A stretch of DNA of 64,000 bases. Source: Candidatus Eiseniibacteriota bacterium (GTDB lineage Bacteria > Eisenbacteria > RBG-16-71-46 > CAZAMP01). The position numbers were made by a program, and so were the translations under genes. Below the pieces are notes generated by a model. The model had not been told where the DNA came from, ran no database searches, and saw only the letters and a program-made list of their open reading frames with translations. Below, one piece after another: positions 29,912 to 40,190 of this stretch (within the stretch, counting starts at the first letter, position 1; the number at the start of each line of letters is the position of its first letter). The stretch is taken from the NCBI GenBank assembly GCA_965224245.1, contig OZ245046.1, positions 5,824,001 to 5,888,000 on the forward strand. The letters are read 5' to 3'.

Positions 29912-30529
29912 ATGATCAACGCGCTTCACCCCCGACGCTCGTTCGTTCTCACGGTGCTCGCGATCGGTGTGCTGACCGCCACCGGTTGCCTCTTCTCGCC
30001 CGAGAAGAAGAGCGACCCCCCAACGGACCCGGGTGGAACCTACCTCGCGCCCACGTCCCCCGAGAACGTGCTGCACAACCTCGAGGAGGCCTACCGCAAC
30101 CGCGAGATTCAGCGCTACACGGCACTCATCGCGGACGACTACGTCTTCGAGGCCTCCGAGGCCGACCTCGAGGTGGACTTCGACTACCTGAACTACGATC
30201 AGGAGATCGAGACCCACGAGAACATGTTCCGCAACGTCGACAACATCACGATCACGCTCGATCACAACGGCGCCGTGCCGTCCGATCGCGCCGCGTACCC
30301 GCCGGAAGACGGCTACATGAAGATCCTCGTTCCGGCCGTTCGCATCGACGTGCTGTCGCGCATCGCGGACGAGACGTCCGGCGAGCTGATCACGTTCCGC
30401 GTCAACGGCGATCCCGCCGTGTTCATCTTCGAGCCCGACTTCACCAAGACGCCCACCGAGTACAAGGTCGTCTACCAGCAGGATCTGTTCACGGGCCGTC
30501 TCGCCGCAGACCACCTGGCCCAGCGCTGA
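29912..30529 (+). CDS. Hypothetical lipoprotein (NTF2/SnoaL-like fold suspected)
   Basis: LTATGC lipobox; SPENVLHNLEEAY..ADDYVF; GAGG RBS. Confidence 0.8.
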   Translation: MINALHPRRSFVLTVLAIGVLTATGCLFSPEKKSDPPTDPGGTYLAPTSPENVLHNLEEAYRNREIQRYTALIADDYVFEASEADLEVDFDYLNYDQEIETHENMFRNVDNITITLDHNGAVPSDRAAYPPEDGYMKILVPAVRIDVLSRIADETSGELITFRVNGDPAVFIFEPDFTKTPTEYKVVYQQDLFTGRLAADHLAQR

Positions 30530-30576
30530 CGCGTGAGCGCGGCGCGCGAGCGCCCCGCACTCGAACGGTCGTGGAG

Positions 30577-30608
30577 ACGCCGCCCGGGCCCGGGCGGCGT
30601 TTTCGTTT
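30577..30608 (+). terminator. Intrinsic terminator
   Basis: ACGCCGCCCG-ggcc-CGGGCGGCGT followed by TTTCGTTT. Confidence 0.75.
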
Positions 30609-30709
30609 GCCTGCCGCGAGGTCCGCGCCTATACATGGCCACGCCGTCGCGAGGGCATGCCGCTCGCGATCGTCCCCACGCCACCCCCATCCCGAGAGGT
30701 CCCGGAGAC

Positions 30710-31897
30710 GTGTCGAGCCGGAAGTCCCGGAGAGACCGGAGCACGGTCCTGACGATCGTGGGCGCCGTCCTCGCGATGCTGCTCGTGGTGAGTGCCTGGA
30801 GCGTACGCGACATCCTGTTTCCCGAGCGCGTGGCCGTCGAGCTGGATCGCAGGCTCCGGCCGGGGCGCTTCGAGGAGCGCGTTCCATGGGTGCAGGGCCA
30901 GGTCGTCGAGGCCATGGCGGCCATAGAGGACGTGACCGCGAGCTGGGAGACCTCCGCCGAGGCCGGGGGCGAGTTCGGCGTGCGGCTGACCGCCACCGAC
31001 ACCACGCCGCTCGAGGAGGCGAACCGCCGGCTCCGGGAGGCACTCGTCGCCTTGGGGCTCGAGGTGCTCGACGCGGTCGAGCTGGAGCCGCTCGAGGATC
31101 ACCGCCGGCTCGAGATGTCGGTGGGGCTGGACGGCCGCCGGATCGCCTGGGCCCACGTCCGCGCCTACCGGCACGAGCCGGTCATACCCGGTCCCAAGGT
31201 CGCGCTCGTCATCGACGACCTGGGGCAGCAGCCGATGGATCTGGCGCGTTCGTTCATCGACGTGGACTTTCCGCTGGCGGTCACCGTCCTGCCGGACCTC
31301 CGCAACAGCGTGGCCATCGTGGAGGAGGCGCGGGCGCGGGGACGCGAGGTGCTCCTGCACCTCCCGATGGAGCCGCGAGGCTATCCGCGCGAGAACCCGG
31401 GCAAGGACGCGATTCTCGTCCACCTGTCCGACGGCGAGGTGAAGCGGCTCGTCCGCCGCGCGCTGGAGGCCGTGCCCGGCGTCGAGGGGATCTCCAACCA
31501 CATGGGATCCTTGGCCACCCAGGATCGGGCCACGATGACGGCCGTCCTGGACGTCGTGGCCGGCGAGAACCTCTACTTTCTCGATTCCCGAACGACCAGC
31601 CGATCGATCGTGCCCAAGATCGCCCGGGAGTCCGACACCCGCTGCGTCCAGAACGACATCTTCCTGGACAACGTCCGGGAGGCCGAGCCCATCCGGGAGC
31701 GCCTGGCCGAGACCGCCGAGCTGGCCCGAGCCACCGGGAGCGCGGTGGCGATCTTCCACCCGCACGCGGTCTGTCTGGAGGTCATCCCGCCCGAGGTGGA
31801 GCGGCTCCGGGACGAGGGCATCACGTTCGTGACGCTCCGGGATCTGGACCGCGACCGCTGGATCGGGGGGCGCCCCCCCGTCCAGACCGGACGTTGA
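30710..31897 (+). CDS. Divergent polysaccharide deacetylase family (YibQ-like), membrane anchored
   Basis: ALVIDDLG, LLHLPMEP, SNHMGS, FLDSRT, IFLDN; start approximate. Confidence 0.9.
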   Translation: MSSRKSRRDRSTVLTIVGAVLAMLLVVSAWSVRDILFPERVAVELDRRLRPGRFEERVPWVQGQVVEAMAAIEDVTASWETSAEAGGEFGVRLTATDTTPLEEANRRLREALVALGLEVLDAVELEPLEDHRRLEMSVGLDGRRIAWAHVRAYRHEPVIPGPKVALVIDDLGQQPMDLARSFIDVDFPLAVTVLPDLRNSVAIVEEARARGREVLLHLPMEPRGYPRENPGKDAILVHLSDGEVKRLVRRALEAVPGVEGISNHMGSLATQDRATMTAVLDVVAGENLYFLDSRTTSRSIVPKIARESDTRCVQNDIFLDNVREAEPIRERLAETAELARATGSAVAIFHPHAVCLEVIPPEVERLRDEGITFVTLRDLDRDRWIGGRPPVQTGR

Positions 31898-31923
31898 CAC
31901 CCCAATCGGCCCGACCCTACAAT
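31894..31923 (+). promoter_or_regulatory. Sigma-70 promoter for secDF
   Basis: TTGACA-18 nt-TACAAT. Confidence 0.7.
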
Positions 31924-32106
31924 CTTCGCCTTGTTTCGCCCGGGCTGTGCCGTCTCCCGGTGCCCGCCCGAGCGTCGAGCCAGCCAGTGGCCGTATGCGC
32001 GTCGCCGACCGATGCGCTCGCAGGTCAAGAACATACGGCGGCGTGAGGCCCGTCGGCGCACGCCGGCGGGGCGTCCCTCGCCGAGCCCTGGAGCGCGGAG
32101 ATCAGC

Positions 32107-33711
<1,605 letters not shown>

Positions 33712-33735
33712 GTCGCTGAGAAGGAGCCTCACGCA

Positions 33736-34701
33736 ATGTTGAAGATCATTGGCGACACCAAGATCGACTTCATGGGCATGAGAAAGCCCGCGTTCTTCCT
33801 GTCGCTCGCGCTGCTGGTGGCCGGGCTGGTGTCGCTGGCCGCGCACGGCGGTCCGCGCTACTCGATCGACTTCGAGGGTGGCCGCCTGATCGAGTTCGCC
33901 TTCTCCGGCGGCGACATCTCCGCCCGCGAGGTGCGCGACGCGCTGGGCACGATCGGGATCCAGACGGCCGAGGTGCAGCACTACGAGCCCGGCGCGAACA
34001 CGGGCGCCCACCCCGGCGTGCTGCTTCGCATCAAGGAGTCCGAGGACACCACGACCGAGAGCCCGACGCCGGCCATCATCGCCGCGCTGTCCGAGGCCCA
34101 CCCGGGCCTGACGTTCGACATCCGTCGCGAGGAGAGCGTCGGTCCCAAGATCGGAAGCGAGCTGAGGGGCCGGGCCGTCCAGGCCATTCTCTACGCGCTG
34201 GGCGCCATCCTGCTCTACGTCGGCATCCGATACGAGTTCACGTTCGCGCTGGCCGCCGTGGTGGCCCTGTTCCACGACGTGCTGATCACGGTGGGCATCT
34301 TCTCGTTGCTCGACATCGAGATCTCGCTGCCGATCGTGGCCGCGCTCCTGACGATCGCCGGCTACTCGATCAACGACACCATCGTCGTGTTCGATCGAAT
34401 CCGCGAGCGGCGAAAGACCGAGCAGCGGCGCCCGCTACGCGACATCATGAACCGGAGCGTCAACCAGATGCTCTCGCGCACGATCATCACGAGCGTGACC
34501 ACGCTGGTCACCGCGCTGTCGCTGTTCATCTTCGGGGGCTCGGTGATCCACGACTTCTCGTTCGCGATCGTCGTGGGCGTCATCATCGGAACCTACTCGT
34601 CGGTGTTCGTGGCCTCCACGCTGGTGTTCACGATGCTCTCGCGCCGGGCCGCCGGCGGCAAGAAGACCGCCCGCAAGAAGACGGCGGCCGCCACCTCCTG
34701 A
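33736..34701 (+). CDS. secF: Protein translocase subunit SecF
   Basis: IDFEGG, HDV, GYSINDTIVVFDRIRE, GTYSS. Confidence 0.97.
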   Translation: MLKIIGDTKIDFMGMRKPAFFLSLALLVAGLVSLAAHGGPRYSIDFEGGRLIEFAFSGGDISAREVRDALGTIGIQTAEVQHYEPGANTGAHPGVLLRIKESEDTTTESPTPAIIAALSEAHPGLTFDIRREESVGPKIGSELRGRAVQAILYALGAILLYVGIRYEFTFALAAVVALFHDVLITVGIFSLLDIEISLPIVAALLTIAGYSINDTIVVFDRIRERRKTEQRRPLRDIMNRSVNQMLSRTIITSVTTLVTALSLFIFGGSVIHDFSFAIVVGVIIGTYSSVFVASTLVFTMLSRRAAGGKKTARKKTAAATS

Positions 34702-34810
34702 GGGAGGATGCCGGGCCGCCACCTCCTGAGGGAGGATGCCGGGCCGCCACCTCCTGAGGGAGGATGCCGGGCCGCCACCTCCTGAGGGAGGATGCCGGGC
34801 CGCCACCTCC
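34686..34810 (+). repeat. Perfect 28-bp tandem repeat, 4 copies plus 13-bp partial, over the secF stop codon
   Basis: GGCCGCCACCTCCTGAGGGAGGATGCCG at 34686, 34714, 34742, 34770; no spacers. Confidence 0.95.
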
Positions 34811-34836
34811 GGAGCCGGATTCCGCGACGCCGGCGA

Positions 34837-35292
34837 CTACGACTCCAGCTGGGACGTGCAGAACCCGCAGCGCACGGCCTTGATCGGGATCGTCTGGAAG
34901 CAGTGCGGGCAGTCCTTCGTGGTGGGCACGGCCGGCGGCGCCTCTTCCTTCCGCTTGGCCGCGTTGATGCTCTTGACCAGCAGGAACACCGCGAACGCCA
35001 CGATCAGGAAGCTGATGACGTTGTTGAAGAACACGCCGTAGTTGATCGTGACGGCGCCGGCGCCCTGCGCGTCGCTGAGGGCGGCGTAGGGGCCTGCGTC
35101 CTCGGCGCCCTTCTTCAGCACCGCGAACAGGTTCTGGAAGTCGACCCCGCCCAGCAGGAGACCGATCGGCGGCATCAGGACGTCGGCCACGAGGCTCTTG
35201 ACGATGGTCCCGAACGCGCCGCCGATGATGATGCCGACGGCCATGTCGACCACGTTGCCCTTGACCGCGAACTCCCGGAATTCCTTGAGCAT
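34837..35292 (-). CDS. mscL: Large-conductance mechanosensitive channel with C-terminal zinc ribbon
   Basis: [33 protein letters not shown]...CGFC tail; GGAGG RBS. Confidence 0.96.
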   Translation of the reverse strand: MLKEFREFAVKGNVVDMAVGIIIGGAFGTIVKSLVADVLMPPIGLLLGGVDFQNLFAVLKKGAEDAGPYAALSDAQGAGAVTINYGVFFNNVISFLIVAFAVFLLVKSINAAKRKEEAPPAVPTTKDCPHCFQTIPIKAVRCGFCTSQLES

Positions 35293-35615
35293 GGCTTCCT
35301 CCATGAAGTCTGCGCATACGAGACTGGGACCCCCAAAGCCGGCGGATTGTGGCCGCTGCCTCTCTCCCGATCAAGCGCGGGGCGCGGGGCCCCCGAGCTC
35401 GCGTTCGCCGGAACCGGCGCGCCCGGCGGCCGGTATACCCCCAGACGCGCATAAGCTGCGGTGTATCCAGACCTTAGCCAGCGGGCGTCGCGAGCCTCGT
35501 GCTATCATGGAGCGAGGATCCGGCGTGGATCCGGCTGATCATGTAACCGAATGCGTCGCAAGTCATTACGAGTTCGTACCTCGCGCGGGCCGAGCCTGTC
35601 CCGACCGGAGGCCGT

Positions 35616-36314
35616 TTGACCCGGAGCCTGACGATCCCCATCGCCAGCGCCGTGACGCTGGCCATCGCCCTGTCGGCGGTACCGGTCCGACCGGTGGCGG
35701 CCGGCGAGGTCGAGCCCGATTCCCGCTTCACGATCGGGCGGCTCAAGTACGGCGGCGGGGGAGACTGGTACTCCGATCCCACGTCCCTGCCGAACCTCCT
35801 GACCGAGCTCGGGCGCCGCACGACCCTCGAGGTGACCGCGCGCGAGGTCAACGTGAGCCTCGACGACGAGACGCTCTATCGAACACCGTTCCTGTACATG
35901 ACCGGCCACGGCGCCGTTAAATTGACCGATACCGAGGTCCGACGCCTGCGCGAGTTCCTCGAGGCGGGCGGATTCCTCTGGGCCGACGACAACTACGGCC
36001 TGGATTCGCACTTCCGGGCACTCGTGAAGCGGGTGTTTCCCGATCGAGAGCTCGTCGAGCTCCCGTTCGACCATCCGATCTTTCACGTGCTCTACGATTT
36101 CGACCAGGGGCCCCCCAAGATCCACGAGCACGACGGCAAGCCGCCCCAGGGCTTCGGAGTCTTCGATCGCGGGCGCCTGGTGATCTTCTACACGTACGAG
36201 TCCGACATCGGCGACGGCCTCGAGAACCCCGACGTGCACGGCGATCCGCCCGACAGGCGAGAGGCGGCCATGCAGATGGCGATCAACGTCGTGCTGTACA
36301 GCGTGCTCTACTGA
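35616..36314 (+). CDS. DUF4159 domain protein, secreted
   Basis: RLKYGGGGDWY, PFLYMTGHG, GGFLWADD, DIGDG.E; signal peptide; GGAGG before TTG. Confidence 0.88.
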   Translation: MTRSLTIPIASAVTLAIALSAVPVRPVAAGEVEPDSRFTIGRLKYGGGGDWYSDPTSLPNLLTELGRRTTLEVTAREVNVSLDDETLYRTPFLYMTGHGAVKLTDTEVRRLREFLEAGGFLWADDNYGLDSHFRALVKRVFPDRELVELPFDHPIFHVLYDFDQGPPKIHEHDGKPPQGFGVFDRGRLVIFYTYESDIGDGLENPDVHGDPPDRREAAMQMAINVVLYSVLY

Positions 36315-36341
36315 GGCGTCGCGTACCCGAGAGGATGGATC

Positions 36342-39300
36342 GTGATGGCGGCACCCCGTTACTCCGACCTCGTCAATACCCTCGAACGCCTTCGCGCGCG
36401 CGTGATGACGCGACTGTTCGCGCGGGGCGCGTTCGCCGCGCTGGCCTGGGTGGCCGCATGGGCCGCGGTCGCGCTGATCCTCCAGGGTCTGGCCGGCCCG
36501 CGCCTCGACGTCGGCATCCTGCTGGCGGTCGCTCTGGCCGCGATCGCCACCCGTCTCCTGTGGCGCCACGTCGTGACGCCGCTCCGCCGCTTCCCGACGC
36601 TGCGGCAGTTCGCCGCCGAGGTCGACAGGGTCGCGTCGGGGCCGGTCGACGCCGTCATCAACGCGCTCGATCTGGGCAAGCGCCGGGACGCGGAGCCCGA
36701 TCCCATCTCGCGAAGCCTGATCGATCATGCGGTGGCCGAGGGGACCGCTCCGGCGATGGCCGTGGTGCCGTCCACGCTGGATCGCGGGCCGCGACTTCGC
36801 CCGTACGCGATCGCGCTGGCGATCGCCATCGTGGGCGTCACGATCTTCGCCCTGCTCGCGCCGATGCGGTTCCGGGCGTCGCTCCTGGCGCTGCTTCACC
36901 CGGTGAGCTTCCCGTACGCCCCGGAGGTCGTGGTGTCGGTGCCGTCGGGTGGCGGTGCCGTGGACTCGGGCGCCGACTTCGCCGTGAGCGCCGAGGTCAC
37001 CGGCACCGAGGAGCCGGCCCGCCTGGTCTATCGCAAGGAGGGCGGCGCGTGGAAGAGCGTCCCCATGACGCTGGTGGCCGACGCGATCGTTCCCTGGAAG
37101 GGGCACCTGGACGGCAGCCAGGTCACCGTCACGCGCGAGATTCCTCAGCGGTCGTATCGCGCCAGCCTGACCGAGCTGCGGCGCGACACCGAGTACCGCG
37201 TTCGAGCCGGCCGTCACGACTCCGAGCTCTTCGACGTCGAGGTGCTCACGCCGCCTCGGGTCGCCGCGTACGTCGTCCACGCCGACTATCCCGACTACGC
37301 GGGCCTCGCGGACGAGACGATCCGGAGCGCCACCGGTGACGTCGCGCTCCTGACCGGCACCGACGTCACGTGCGTTCTGGAGACCGAGGGGCACGTCGGG
37401 CGCGCCGAGATCGAGTGGAGCGACGGGCGACCCACCGACGTCACGACGACCGGCGACGGCGCGTCGTTCGCGTTCCGGGTCGACGCGCGCGCCGAGTACC
37501 GCGTGCGTCTGTTCGATCCCGAGGGACGCCGCCGGTTCGAGAGCCCGTTCTTCGCGGTCGACGCGGTTCCCGATCAGAACCCGCTGGTGCGCCTCCTGGC
37601 CCCCGGAGAAGACGTCGACGTGCCCGACGGCATGGAGCTGCCGATCGTCGTGTCGTGCACGGACGACTACGGGCTCTCCCGGCTACTCCTGCACGTGCAC
37701 AAGGAGCCCTACGAGCCGTTCTCGAACGAGGTCCGGACCTTCGAGGTCGGCACGCGGGACGAGGTCGTCGAGTTCGTGTGGGATCTGAGCTCGCTCGAGC
37801 TGATGCCGGGCGAGAGCGCCACGTACTATCTCGAGCTGTTCGACACCGACACCGTGTCGGGTCCCAAGTCGGCGCGCACGCCGGTGTACCAGGTCCGGTT
37901 CCCGTCCATGGCGGAGCTGTACTCGCGCGTCGAGGAGGAGTACTCCGAGAACGTGGTCGGCTCGCTGGACGAGGTCCTCGAGGAGCAGCAGCAGCTCCGG
38001 GATCGGGTCGAGGCCACGCGCCGGGAGCTGGAGCGCGCACGGGACGGCATCACCTACGAGCGCCAGAAGGAGATCGAGGCGCTCATGGAGAGCCAGAGCA
38101 ACATCCAGGACGAGCTCTCCCAGGCGCTCGACGCGCTCCAGCGCAGCATGGACCGTCTCTCCGAGACCGACATGACGAGCTTCCAGATCATGGAACGGAT
38201 GGAGCAGATCCAGGCGCTGCTCCAGCAGGTCGACAGCGAGCGCATGAACGCGATGCTGGAGGAGGTCAAGAAGGCGCTCCAGGACATGGACGAGCGCGAG
38301 CTCCAGGAAGCGCTCGAGGCCTTCGAGTTCACTCAGGACGAGATGCTCCAGCAGCTGGACCGGTCGCTCGAGCATCTGGAGAAGATCCTGGCCGAGCAGA
38401 AGCTGGAGGCGATCGTCGACGAGCTGCAGGCGCTTCTGGAGGAGCAGGCCGAGATCAGCGATCAGCTCGAGGCGCTCGAGGACGCCGAGTCCACGGACGC
38501 GTCCGACGCCGACGCGTCCGACGCCGACGCGGCCGAGGACGACGCGGCCGAGGACGACGCGGCCGAGGACGACCTGGCCGCCGCGTCGGACACCGAGACC
38601 GACGACGCCGCGCAGGCCGGAGACACCGAGAACGCGTCGGAGACCGACTCCGAGACCGACCCGTCGGCCGCCGGCGATGCCGAGTCGGACGTCTCCGACT
38701 CCGAGTCCACCGAGAGCGACGTGGCCGACGCGACCCAGTCCGAGGCCGATGCCGACCCGTCCGAGACGAGCGCCACCGATCCCCAGGACGGATCCGACTC
38801 CGAGAGCGGGGAGGACGCCTCCCAGTCCGACTCGGAGTCGGACGAAACCGAGAGCCCGTCCGGCCAGAGCGAGGGACAGAGCAGCGAGGGATCGCCGCCC
38901 AGCGACTCCCCGTCGATGGAGGAGCTGGCCGAGCTTCAGGAGGCGCTGGCCCAGCGCGCCGAGGAGATCGCCGAGCGGATCGAGGAGCTCCGCGAGCTGT
39001 CGAAGCAATCGCACCAGGCGCTCGATCAGGCGCTCCAGCAGCAGTCACCGGAGACGGGGATGCAGCAGGCCCAGGAGAGCATGGAGAACGCCGCCAGCGA
39101 GATGCAGCAGAGCGAGCAGGAGCCCGCGCTGCGTTACACGCTGAAGGCGCAGGAGCAGATCCAGAGCCTCATGAGCGGCATGCAGGGAGCGATGCAGGCG
39201 ATGCAGGCCAATCAGACCAGTGAGCTCTCGAAGCAGATGCTCGCGGTCGGCGCCGAGCTGCTCCATCTCTCGACCAAGCAGGAGACGGTGTCCGACGGGC

Positions 39301-40190
39301 CGGGTGGCGCGTCCACCCGCGATCTCGCGGCCGGCCAGATGCGGGTCTACGAGGCAACCGGCCGAGCCTCCGAACGCCTGCACGAGATCGGCAAGGAGAC
39401 GCTGTTCATCTCGCAGGCAATGCTCCTGAACATGGGCGCGATTCTCGACGACATGAGTCGGGCCACGACCCAGTTCGAGGGCGGCAATCGCGCCCGCGGC
39501 GCCCGCGACGCGGCCGAGGCGATGACCGGCCTGAACGAGGCCGTCATGGACATCATCCGGGCCAACGAGCAGATGCAGAGCTCCGGGGGCTCGTGTTCGA
39601 ACCCGAGCCCCAGCGCGATGAGCCGGCTCCCCACGCTCACCGGCATGCAGAAGCAGCTCAACCAGCAGACGATGTCGCTGGCCGAGCAGCTCGCGCGGCA
39701 GCGGCTCTCGCCGCAGGCGGGACAGGCGGCGATGAAGCAGCTCGCGGCGCGACAGGAAGCCATCCGTCGCGGCCTGGCCGAGATCTCCGAGGAGCTCGAG
39801 GGCCGGCGCGACGTCCTCGGCCGTCTCGACGAGCTGGGCGGCGAGCTCGAGGACGTCGTCGAGGAGATGTCCCGGGGCAACGTGGATCGCAAGCTCGTCG
39901 AGCGCCAGCAGAAGATCCTGAGCCGCCTCCTGGCCGCCGAGAAGTCGATCCGCAAGCAGGACGAGGACGAGCGTCGCCTGTCCCGGTCGGCCGACGAGGT
40001 CGAGCGCACGACCACGCCGGCCGCGCTCGACGCGGACGACATGGGCGAGACCGATGCGCTGAACCGGGAGATCATGCAGGGGCGGACCGATCCGTACCCG
40101 GCCCGGTATCGGGGCATGATCGACGCGTACTTCAAGGCCCTCGGCGAAGGGGATGGACCCCGCCGGGACGCCGAGGACGCCGGCCGATGA
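36342..40190 (+). CDS. Large membrane-anchored DUF4175-like protein (TM, Ig-like region, long coiled coil)
   Basis: 3 TM helices, YPDY.G, DDYGL, Q/E/M-rich coiled coil, C-terminal P..YR..I..YF. Confidence 0.75.
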   Translation: MMAAPRYSDLVNTLERLRARVMTRLFARGAFAALAWVAAWAAVALILQGLAGPRLDVGILLAVALAAIATRLLWRHVVTPLRRFPTLRQFAAEVDRVASGPVDAVINALDLGKRRDAEPDPISRSLIDHAVAEGTAPAMAVVPSTLDRGPRLRPYAIALAIAIVGVTIFALLAPMRFRASLLALLHPVSFPYAPEVVVSVPSGGGAVDSGADFAVSAEVTGTEEPARLVYRKEGGAWKSVPMTLVADAIVPWKGHLDGSQVTVTREIPQRSYRASLTELRRDTEYRVRAGRHDSELFDVEVLTPPRVAAYVVHADYPDYAGLADETIRSATGDVALLTGTDVTCVLETEGHVGRAEIEWSDGRPTDVTTTGDGASFAFRVDARAEYRVRLFDPEGRRRFESPFFAVDAVPDQNPLVRLLAPGEDVDVPDGMELPIVVSCTDDYGLSRLLLHVHKEPYEPFSNEVRTFEVGTRDEVVEFVWDLSSLELMPGESATYYLELFDTDTVSGPKSARTPVYQVRFPSMAELYSRVEEEYSENVVGSLDEVLEEQQQLRDRVEATRRELERARDGITYERQKEIEALMESQSNIQDELSQALDALQRSMDRLSETDMTSFQIMERMEQIQALLQQVDSERMNAMLEEVKKALQDMDERELQEALEAFEFTQDEMLQQLDRSLEHLEKILAEQKLEAIVDELQALLEEQAEISDQLEALEDAESTDASDADASDADAAEDDAAEDDAAEDDLAAASDTETDDAAQAGDTENASETDSETDPSAAGDAESDVSDSESTESDVADATQSEADADPSETSATDPQDGSDSESGEDASQSDSESDETESPSGQSEGQSSEGSPPSDSPSMEELAELQEALAQRAEEIAERIEELRELSKQSHQALDQALQQQSPETGMQQAQESMENAASEMQQSEQEPALRYTLKAQEQIQSLMSGMQGAMQAMQANQTSELSKQMLAVGAELLHLSTKQETVSDGPGGASTRDLAAGQMRVYEATGRASERLHEIGKETLFISQAMLLNMGAILDDMSRATTQFEGGNRARGARDAAEAMTGLNEAVMDIIRANEQMQSSGGSCSNPSPSAMSRLPTLTGMQKQLNQQTMSLAEQLARQRLSPQAGQAAMKQLAARQEAIRRGLAEISEELEGRRDVLGRLDELGGELEDVVEEMSRGNVDRKLVERQQKILSRLLAAEKSIRKQDEDERRLSRSADEVERTTTPAALDADDMGETDALNREIMQGRTDPYPARYRGMIDAYFKALGEGDGPRRDAEDAGR

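Noticed and set aside
34686-34810. 28-bp palindromic repeat as a CRISPR array
   Set aside because: Units are directly adjacent with no spacers, and there are no cas genes in the window
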